A stretch of 35,173 bases of DNA from Barthelona sp. PAP020 (taxonomy: Eukaryota). The stretch is taken from assembly GCA_040182905.1 (NCBI GenBank), contig JARQWU010000090.1:1-35173 (forward strand), given 5' to 3'. This document shows, one piece after another, positions 27,486 through 35,173 of this stretch. Every line of letters begins with the position of its first letter. Position 1 is the first letter of the stretch. A model generated the notes under the pieces. It was not told where the DNA came from. It saw only the letters and a program-made list of their open reading frames with translations, and made no database searches. The translations under genes were made by a program, and so were the position numbers.

Positions 27486-30400
27486 ATGTTGAATGAACGA
27501 AAAAAATCTCCTTCTTTAGAATACACAGAAAGTTTAGAAGAAGATGAAGAAAGAAAAATTCATTCTTTGGTGATGGAAAATCGAAAATTGTATCTTGCAT
27601 TAGATTTAGACCAGTCTTTAATACACACAAGGGATATAAAACTGTTACAATTTCAACGGTTGAAGGAGAAATATTGTTTTAAAGGTGTAAAACGACATAA
27701 TATCGAAATTTTTTGGAAACAAGAAATTAATGGATTCACTTATTATATTTATGAATTGAAATATGGAAAAGATTTTTGTTCATATTACTTAACATGTATA
27801 CGTAGTTATTTGAATGAATTTTTTCATCGAATCCGAAATAAGTATTATTTGAGTATTTTTACTGCAGGAAAACCCCATTATGCAAAGAAAATACAGCTCA
27901 TTATACAAGATTTTGTTGATGATGATGTAATTGATTTATTTGCAGGTAATATTCATGCCAGTGATGAATTGAATAAAAGAGATGTTGGTTTTGGTGATAC
28001 TCCATATAAAACGTTAAAACAAGTGTTTGGAAAGAACAAACCGTATTCGTTATGCATGGATGACAATCTAATTGCTTGGAAGAAAGATAATAGACGTTGC
28101 TTAGTGCTTAGGAAATTTGAAATGGATAATATAGTGAACGTTGAGCCAAATCAGGTGATAAAAAGTATAAATAATATGCATCCAAGACAATTGGAAAGGT
28201 GTTCTGAGATTTTGGAGCAAATTCATCAACAATTTTTCAATCAATATAAAGGGGAAATGGATGTTGAAGAAATCTTGATGAATATTCGTAAAAAGGCATA
28301 TAAGAATATTCATCTAACATATGACCCCCAATATACTAATTCTTATCTTGCTAATGATCTGCGGAAATATAACAATGATTTCTATTTAAATATCAGACCG
28401 TATGTGAATGAAAAGACAACGCATTATTTCTCTTCCAAATTAGAACCCATACCTCAGAGCATAATCGAACAAGATTTTCTTGATTCAATGTTCAAAATTG
28501 ATTATTCGTGGTTGATCGATGTAGTTTCGTTAATTGAGGTAAACACCAGTGTAAATCAAGCTTCCTATTATTTTGATGATTATTTTGAAGATATTGAAGC
28601 TGAAAATGGTGATGATGTTGATAAGCAACCAGACGGGTTTGAAGATGAAGATATTGACTTTGACTTTGATACCGACTCTGAAGATGAAATGAATGAAAAA
28701 GTTCATTACCAATCTCGCATGAAAAATACATTTCAAACTACGGTAGATGAGATAAACTTCGAACTTGGCAAAGAATTAATGTATGAAGAAGATTGGTTAC
28801 ACAATACCGACAGACATCATAGAGTGATGTTATCTGATGACATGGTCTCTAAATTACTGAAACCAAGTTCTTCTCAAGTTGAAGAATTGTTTCGATTGAG
28901 CTGTGTCAGTACTAGATTTAGAAGAATAGCTTTAGAAGTTTTGAATGAAGAAATTAATAGAAGTGCTGAACGAATTTTATTGCACAAGTGGAGTAGTTTA
29001 AAGTTGTTTGGTCCATTTGTTAAGAAGGCACGAAAACTTCAAATTTTTGATGTTCAAGAACCAACTCAAGAGAACATTGACCAATTGAGAATTTTTGAGA
29101 ATTTGGAGAAATTATATGTATTTCGACCTTTGCAACTTTTGAACTTTCATAATTTACCAAAGAATTGCCAAATAATTGGTGTTTTGGACGATAATATTAA
29201 TGCCAACGTACGTGGAATTGAAAAAGCTATTGATAGATCTAATCTGTTGAAGATTGAAAAGAAACATCCTTTTGTTCATCGTTCATCGTTTGAAAGCCAT
29301 TTTGATCTTGTCATGAAAATGGTTTTAAACAAAGAAAAATACCCCAATTTAGATTCTATTTTAGAAACTTTTGATACTGGATTTTTCTATTGTTTGAATC
29401 GAAAGGGAGAATCCGACAAAAACATCCAATTGATACAGCGATTAGGATTAAGCGAAGTTGTGAACATGATCAAAAGATTGGCCTTTTATATTGAAAACCC
29501 CGTTGGTAAAGCTAAAGTTGAGTATGAAAAAGTAATTATCAACTTTTTGAAAAAAAAGTTATTAAACAATGAAGATCAATTGGAAATGTATGTGGGTCCC
29601 ATAACCACTCGAATTAACGAGGTTTTACAACAATTTTTAAGCTTACACACGATTGTTTTGGTTGATTTAAATTCAAGAATCGATCATTTTCTGTCAGAAG
29701 AGCCTATCATGGAGAGAATTAGTATTGAATCATTGTGGCCTGTTAATGTTGAAACTTTAAAATATTTGACAGATTTTATCAAAAATTTAAATGGTTTCAC
29801 AACACATTTGTCCATATTCAGAAGATATCCCCTAATAGAGCATGATTATATGTTTACCCGATCAAAATTTGTCAGAAGTGAGTTGATGAAGAGTCTAAAA
29901 GAATCGCAGCAAAGTTTGAAACATCTAACTTTATTTGTTGACCTGACTATTGATGATCTTTATGAGTTAGTCTCACATTTTAGAAAATTAGAGATTGTAG
30001 GCTGTCTAAGATTGGTGGAAGATCACAAATTGAACTGTAACAATGAAGATGATATTAGACTTGATGTTTCACGTTTTCCCAATTTTCAACAGATTCAAGG
30101 ACTAAAATTTGGTACTCAGGAGGATTTGTCAAATTTTGAGGAGAACTCTTTGAAATATTTGAAACTTTTTCCAAACCTAAATCAAATTGAATATTGCTGT
30201 GATGTGAATTTTCTTTCTTTAGAAGTATTACCAAAAACTTTAACAAAATTGATTTTGGACATTAATTCGATTGATGATTTGTTTGTTAGCAACAAGATTA
30301 TTGTTGCTAGATTCAAAATGTTTGTTTTGAAATGTCCATTTTTAGAAAAGGTAATCTTCAGATTGAACCAACCTCAAAAAGGGTCTAAAAATTATCGTTC

Positions 30401-30548
30401 TTCAATAGATAGTGAAAATCTTTTGAGATATAAACGTTACAGTAACGATCTTGATAAATTACAGAAAAATATTCACAAAAAGAATAATTTATTGAGTATT
30501 TTACAGGAAACCTTCAAGCAGATTTTCTTTGAAGTCGATCAAGCTTAA
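27486..30548 (+). CDS. FCP1: Fcp1-type RNA polymerase II CTD phosphatase (FCPH + BRCT-like) fused to an F-box / LRR-like region
   Basis: FCPH domain: KLYLALDLDQSLIHT, IRSYLNEFF, SIFTAGKPHYA, KTLKQVF..MDD..W, LEQIHQQFF, DVEEILMNIRK. BRCT-like KTTHY...SWL, then an acidic tract, F-box-like LSDDMVSKLL..LFRLSCVSTRFRRIA, and LRR-like units (FENLEKLYV, SLKHLTL, FPNLNQI, TLTKLIL, CPFLEKV). Confidence 0.85.
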   Translation: MLNERKKSPSLEYTESLEEDEERKIHSLVMENRKLYLALDLDQSLIHTRDIKLLQFQRLKEKYCFKGVKRHNIEIFWKQEINGFTYYIYELKYGKDFCSYYLTCIRSYLNEFFHRIRNKYYLSIFTAGKPHYAKKIQLIIQDFVDDDVIDLFAGNIHASDELNKRDVGFGDTPYKTLKQVFGKNKPYSLCMDDNLIAWKKDNRRCLVLRKFEMDNIVNVEPNQVIKSINNMHPRQLERCSEILEQIHQQFFNQYKGEMDVEEILMNIRKKAYKNIHLTYDPQYTNSYLANDLRKYNNDFYLNIRPYVNEKTTHYFSSKLEPIPQSIIEQDFLDSMFKIDYSWLIDVVSLIEVNTSVNQASYYFDDYFEDIEAENGDDVDKQPDGFEDEDIDFDFDTDSEDEMNEKVHYQSRMKNTFQTTVDEINFELGKELMYEEDWLHNTDRHHRVMLSDDMVSKLLKPSSSQVEELFRLSCVSTRFRRIALEVLNEEINRSAERILLHKWSSLKLFGPFVKKARKLQIFDVQEPTQENIDQLRIFENLEKLYVFRPLQLLNFHNLPKNCQIIGVLDDNINANVRGIEKAIDRSNLLKIEKKHPFVHRSSFESHFDLVMKMVLNKEKYPNLDSILETFDTGFFYCLNRKGESDKNIQLIQRLGLSEVVNMIKRLAFYIENPVGKAKVEYEKVIINFLKKKLLNNEDQLEMYVGPITTRINEVLQQFLSLHTIVLVDLNSRIDHFLSEEPIMERISIESLWPVNVETLKYLTDFIKNLNGFTTHLSIFRRYPLIEHDYMFTRSKFVRSELMKSLKESQQSLKHLTLFVDLTIDDLYELVSHFRKLEIVGCLRLVEDHKLNCNNEDDIRLDVSRFPNFQQIQGLKFGTQEDLSNFEENSLKYLKLFPNLNQIEYCCDVNFLSLEVLPKTLTKLILDINSIDDLFVSNKIIVARFKMFVLKCPFLEKVIFRLNQPQKGSKNYRSSIDSENLLRYKRYSNDLDKLQKNIHKKNNLLSILQETFKQIFFEVDQA

Positions 30549-30753
30549 TATAAACAAATATAATTTCTTTTTTTGTTGAAACAGAACTTCATGCCCTTCA
30601 TTTTGACAATAAATGAAAGTTATCCCTTAATAACCAAAAAATATATCCCAAGTTGTGCTTTCAAATATTTTAAGATCAATTTGATCACAATTTTAACTCC
30701 TTTTTGTTCCAATACATATGTGTGCGAAAAGAAAAAAATTAAAAGAAAAAATT

Positions 30754-33700
30754 TTACAAAACTAAATTCTTTAATTGATTCATGCAATTTTTTGGAACTG
30801 TTTTTAAAAGAGGAATTTTTGGTAAAGATTTTTTATCTTTTTTTATTGGAACAATAGTGTAAAAATTTTCCATTGCATAACTAAAAGGCAATGATTCAAA
30901 ATTGAAAGCTTTTGATTTAGCTGCTAAAAATTGTTTAAAATGTGAAGTTACAATAATATTTGTTTTAAGACTATTCTTCCAATGCAAAGAAGGAATGGTT
31001 AAATTCCAAAATATCTCTTTAATCATTAAACAAACCACACAAGGCAAACCAATTCTTGAACTATTTTCAAAAACTGACCCTTTTGACATCTTATCGTTGT
31101 GTAATACTTCAACACATAAAAATACACTTTCTAATTCATTTTCATCAAGATAATGAATAATCAGTGTCATTAAATTATCTAAATGCTTCAATGTATTGGT
31201 ATATGTATTCATGTCTAAAGGAATTTGAAATATATAAGATAGATTGTAAAAACCTGATAATTCAATGGGAATATCCAAGAATTCCTCAATTGAAAGCAAA
31301 TAATGCTCCAATTTTAAGATTTGTTGATCTGATATATTACGTACAATGCAAGTAAGATACAAAGCATTTTTCAAAGGGATTCTTGATTGATAAAAGCTTG
31401 ATGGCAAAGTAACGTTTTTATGGAAGTCTACTGTATTATTTTTGGAGTTTTGTATATCTTCAAAAGCTAATCTATGGGAATGATTAATGTTTCTATGATT
31501 AACGTTAGAATTTGTGTTAAATAAATGAAATTTTGAATCATGTGTTTCACAATGCAATAAAGTTAACATAGGATCTTGTGATAAAGAATGTCTGATACAA
31601 TTATTCTTTGAAAAAGTCAATAGTAATGAATAAAACTTCATTGCAATTCGTTTCATTACAAAACAAAAATAAACAATATTAGAAACGGATTTTGATAAAT
31701 AACTAACAAAAATTAATGAGAATAAGCAAACGATAATTCTATTGATAATAAAAGTGTCAAAGATATTAGTAATTCCAAGTACATCTGCTGAAAATTTGAA
31801 AACAAAGAAGAGAACAAAGCTAATATTAATAATAAATATAGAATGATAGAATTGTTGTAAAAAGCAAGGTAAAATTGAGTACATAATAAAAATAAATATG
31901 ATTCTAGCAAAATTAAGGGTCTTTAAACTCATGTAATTATGGGGAAAGATTGTATAATATAAAGTATAACAAAAGGGAATGAATAACATAAAATTGAAAA
32001 TAGGTTCAGGTAAAAATAGGATAAACAAATGAATAACAAATAAAAGTATAGCTAAATAATATCTAATTTCTGGAGAAACATTACCAAAAGTATAACATTG
32101 ACTAACAATAAAGGAAAAAATACAAATGAACATCTTAAACATGAAAGGTATGTTAATACCAAAATTATTTAATAGACGTTGAGAATCTTTACCTAATAAT
32201 AATTCTTTGATATCAAAAATAGTAAAAACACTAGAAATCTTGTTGTTTATCAAAATCGATTTGTCTTCTTCATCTTTATCCTCTTCTTCTTCTTCTTTAC
32301 AATTCTCAATTGGATCTTCAAAACACCATGTATCAATAGTATTCAATAGATACCCACTCAATTGATCAGAATGCAAATAATAGAAAGGTCTTCGTTTCCA
32401 TTCATCTATTTCCACATCATTCTCCAATGTCTTTTTAACTGTTTCTTTTCTTAAATTTCCAAGAGATAATATTGATGAAATACTTAATGGATATACTTCA
32501 AATAAACTATCTTTTTCAACATATTCAGATAAACTTTTACTGTGAAATTGTTCAACTTCGTTAAAAACTCCTAGAAATTCAATAATTTGTTTGTACTGTA
32601 ATGGCATTGTACGCTCAACTTTTTGAAAATATTCATAACAAGCAGGCAAACCAAACATATTGATCGATTTGATCTCTTTATGATTCTTGCAAGTTAATGC
32701 CATTGTATGATAAACTTTATTCAAAACGTCACCTTTAACAACAATTTGTGAATGTTGAAAATCACTAGCATATGTCTCAACTTCTCCTAAAAACCAAAAA
32801 ATATAAATATTTGACAGATTATTAACACTTAATTCGGATAAGTATTTTGAAAATTCATGTTCCAAACGATATAAGAATTGAAAGAAATTAATAGTGACAC
32901 TAATTTGGTGATTATATTCCATACCATTATTATCGTTAAAAATAAGGTTATTATCAACACAATAAAGTCTATCACTACTGATCAAAATACTGGTTGGAGT
33001 CTGTTCAATCACTTGTAATCCGTAATTATGAGCAGTATTATGAACAATTGCTAAGAATTTTTCCAAAAACTTTTCAATAGTCAAATAATCTAAATAGACA
33101 TCATCTCTAATGTTTCTTAAACTTATCAAACATAAAAAACGTTGATTAGATGACCCAACAGATGATGATAGAATTCTCTCATTCTTATGAACTTTGGAAA
33201 ATTTACTCTTTTTATTTGGTGATGCAAAAGAACTGAGTTTAAAAACTTCCTTATCAAAAGCTTCAGTATATAATTTTTCTTTCAATTTCTGTGGTATCAA
33301 CAAACAATTTTCAGCAAATAAGCGTTTATATGCATCAACAACATAATATTCATTCAAATAATCAACAATTATTGAACAAATTCTTGAATAACAATGAAAA
33401 TATATTGTTGTCTTCCCTAACAAATAACAAACAAAAATAAATATACAGAAAATAAAAAAAAAAAATTTGTGGATTCCATAAAAGTCTTGTTCTGCAAATA
33501 TATGAGCATCAACAAAAAAAGGTAAACAAAAATGCATGAAAATCAATATCAAATTCAATATTACCATTGTATAAACACTTACTCCAATAGTCATAATCAT
33601 AAACACATAGATATATTCATATAAGGCCATATACATATTATTTACATATGATTCAAAAGAATCATCAATAAAGGTTAACATTATGATACTCAATAGATAT

Positions 33701-34008
33701 AACATTAAAAAAACCAAAACAAATCGAAAAGATGTAAAAGATATCTTTTTGTTTTTAAACAATCCAGTAAAAATCATATAAATTACAAAAAAGATAATTA
33801 AATTAATCAATGTTAAAAAAAATTTTTTAAGAAAAATAATTCTAAACACTTCAAAACATAATAATAACAAAAAAGAAACTATAAAAAATATTTGATCATT
33901 CTTTCTGCTAAAATGTAATTGTTTAGACATAGTTTCAATATGAAAAAGATTTAATGGAGTAAATATGTGAATCTTGTCAGAATCAAACTTTTTTTTCTTT
34001 TTTTCCAT
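30754..34008 (-). CDS. 12-TM class III nucleotide cyclase-like protein (6TM-C1-6TM-C2) with degenerate catalytic motifs
   Basis: Two blocks of six hydrophobic helices, each followed by a soluble domain. C1 shows cyclase-like LLIPQKLKEKL, FLCLISLRNI, YGLQVIEQTPTSIL, GEV..., VKGDVLNKV. C2 shows ALYLTCIVRNI and IIVTSHFKQFL. The start could be the downstream MSKQL. Confidence 0.7.
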   Translation of the reverse strand: MEKKKKKFDSDKIHIFTPLNLFHIETMSKQLHFSRKNDQIFFIVSFLLLLCFEVFRIIFLKKFFLTLINLIIFFVIYMIFTGLFKNKKISFTSFRFVLVFLMLYLLSIIMLTFIDDSFESYVNNMYMALYEYIYVFMIMTIGVSVYTMVILNLILIFMHFCLPFFVDAHIFAEQDFYGIHKFFFFIFCIFIFVCYLLGKTTIYFHCYSRICSIIVDYLNEYYVVDAYKRLFAENCLLIPQKLKEKLYTEAFDKEVFKLSSFASPNKKSKFSKVHKNERILSSSVGSSNQRFLCLISLRNIRDDVYLDYLTIEKFLEKFLAIVHNTAHNYGLQVIEQTPTSILISSDRLYCVDNNLIFNDNNGMEYNHQISVTINFFQFLYRLEHEFSKYLSELSVNNLSNIYIFWFLGEVETYASDFQHSQIVVKGDVLNKVYHTMALTCKNHKEIKSINMFGLPACYEYFQKVERTMPLQYKQIIEFLGVFNEVEQFHSKSLSEYVEKDSLFEVYPLSISSILSLGNLRKETVKKTLENDVEIDEWKRRPFYYLHSDQLSGYLLNTIDTWCFEDPIENCKEEEEEDKDEEDKSILINNKISSVFTIFDIKELLLGKDSQRLLNNFGINIPFMFKMFICIFSFIVSQCYTFGNVSPEIRYYLAILLFVIHLFILFLPEPIFNFMLFIPFCYTLYYTIFPHNYMSLKTLNFARIIFIFIMYSILPCFLQQFYHSIFIINISFVLFFVFKFSADVLGITNIFDTFIINRIIVCLFSLIFVSYLSKSVSNIVYFCFVMKRIAMKFYSLLLTFSKNNCIRHSLSQDPMLTLLHCETHDSKFHLFNTNSNVNHRNINHSHRLAFEDIQNSKNNTVDFHKNVTLPSSFYQSRIPLKNALYLTCIVRNISDQQILKLEHYLLSIEEFLDIPIELSGFYNLSYIFQIPLDMNTYTNTLKHLDNLMTLIIHYLDENELESVFLCVEVLHNDKMSKGSVFENSSRIGLPCVVCLMIKEIFWNLTIPSLHWKNSLKTNIIVTSHFKQFLAAKSKAFNFESLPFSYAMENFYTIVPIKKDKKSLPKIPLLKTVPKNCMNQLKNLVL

Positions 34009-34166
34009 TTTTAGACAATTAAATATATTTTGTTATTATGTTATTAAATTAAATTATTTCACAAAACATATAAACCAAAAACAAAAATGGTTGAAATGGT
34101 TTGAAAAAAAAAAAAAATTGTGACCCAAAACACAAAAAAAGTTCTTTTTAAATAAACTCTAATTTT

Positions 34167-34863
34167 ATGAAAAATAGAACAAAGTGTGAAATATGTTTAA
34201 ATAATAATTCAAAATATATTTGTCCAAAGTGCAGAATCAAATAGTATTTCATTTGCACATTTTTTCATTTCTAATTTTTTTCTTAGTTGTTCAAAAGATT
34301 GTTTTATACTGCACCAAAATAATGGATTATGTGAATCAAAACAAAATTCAACCGCAATTCAAACTCCATCATTTGAAAATATTAAAAATCCTTCAAAAAA
34401 AAACATTAGAACAGTTAAACAAACAGATCCACTTATAATTTCAAATGAACAATTGGAACTTTTGAGAAATAATAAATCAATTCTTGATAAAGTTAGTCAT
34501 AGTCATTTACAAGCAGTTTTATCTCATCTAATTGATAATTCAAAAAATAAACTTCAAACATTAAATGATCTAATTGAAAATGATAAACATTTTGAACAAT
34601 TTTGTGTTGAAGTCTTGCAAACAATTAAATATGAGTATGATTTGGATAAAATAGAACAAAACATTATAGAAGATTCAATGCATATGGAAGAAAGTGATTT
34701 AGATGAAAATATTGAGCCCTTGGAGGCTTCTTCACGTTCCTTTTCTCAAAATGATGATATCTTACCTTTAAAACAATCTCCAAAGGAAGATTTTATTGAA
34801 GAAACACTTGAAATTACCACATCAAATGCTGACGAACTTGACATTGATTTGTTAGGGTATTGA
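34167..34863 (+). CDS. ZNHIT3: ZNHIT3/Hit1-like zinc-finger HIT protein (box C/D snoRNP assembly); join(34167..34243,34287..34863), 217 aa
   Basis: Splicing restores CEICLNNNSKYICPKCRIKYCSKDCFILH (zf-HIT). Exon 2 is in frame with the 34453..34863 ORF, which encodes the Hit1 C-terminal helical domain (LELLRNNKSI..LQAVL..IDNS..FEQFCVEVL). Confidence 0.9.
34244..34286 (+). other. 43-nt GT-AG spliceosomal intron (phase 2, inside a Tyr codon)
   Basis: gtatttc...ttctaat tttttt cttag: GT donor, CTAAT branch-point-like motif, pyrimidine tract, TAG acceptor. The unspliced frame reads TA|G = stop. Confidence 0.92.
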
Positions 34864-34988
34864 ATAAATAGTCTCGTTTCATTTTTAATTTGAACTATTT
34901 TTCGAAAAAGCACAGCTCCTTGCAGAAAAAAAAAAATATACAAATTGAATAAATTACTTTACACCTTTGTTTATCTCATAAAACCCTT

Positions 34989-35173
34989 TCATTCTTCAAT
35001 TGCTTGTAAAAAGTAATTGTATTGAACCAAGCCTTCACCATTATCCAACCATTTGATGATCTTATTCAACAAAAGAGAAGAAACAGGCACATTAGCTCTT
35101 GAAAGGGCACCAGCGAATTGAGATGTGGTAATTAACAAACGTTTGTTGAAATCCATATCTTTAAAGAATGGTT
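34989..35173 (-). CDS. 3' end of an EF-hand-like protein entering from the window end
   Basis: ...PFFKDMDFNKRLLITTSQFAGALSRANVPVSSLLLNKIIKWLDNGEGLVQYNYFLQAIEE* forms a degenerate EF-hand pair; TGA at 34991-34989. Confidence 0.75.
   Translation of the reverse strand, partial: PFFKDMDFNKRLLITTSQFAGALSRANVPVSSLLLNKIIKWLDNGEGLVQYNYFLQAIEE

Noticed and set aside
34220..34438. 72-aa ORF, and the TTG-started 34453..34863 ORF as separate genes
   Set aside because: Both are explained by the spliced ZNHIT3 model: the first is out of frame across the intron, the second is part of exon 2.
1..35173. Alternative genetic code or selenocysteine readthrough
   Set aside because: TAA, TAG and TGA each end recognisable proteins at sensible positions. 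The giant gene's TGA is followed at once by TAA, and no SECIS-like element was recognised.

Overview
AT-rich, gene-dense, almost intron-free eukaryotic DNA, most likely from a flagellated protist. It uses the standard code (TAA, TAG and TGA all act as stops); the organism cannot be named from this window. The window holds about 17 protein genes (two cut by the window ends), mostly alternating in strand with spacers of about 50-330 bp, plus one tRNA-Lys(UUU). Recognisable products: F-box/LRR protein, Sfi1-like centrin-binding protein, TMC-like channel, kinesin-like protein, cyclin, TPGS1-like protein, VAMP-like SNARE, calmodulin-like protein, a ~2900-aa type I surface protein, possible Tfb5, an ankyrin protein, class I HDAC, Fcp1-type CTD phosphatase, a 12-TM cyclase-like protein and ZNHIT3/Hit1. 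The ORF track misses ZNHIT3 because a 43-nt intron splits it. Most notable: (1) Fcp1 (FCPH + BRCT) fused in one ORF to an F-box/LRR module; (2) a 6TM-C1-6TM-C2 cyclase-like protein that appears catalytically dead in both domains; (3) a kinesin-like protein lacking P-loop and switch motifs; (4) a VAMP-like SNARE with Leu at the zero layer; (5) a ~2.1-kb gene-free island around the tRNA with permuted direct repeats. All family calls are by-eye motif recognition; no searches were run.
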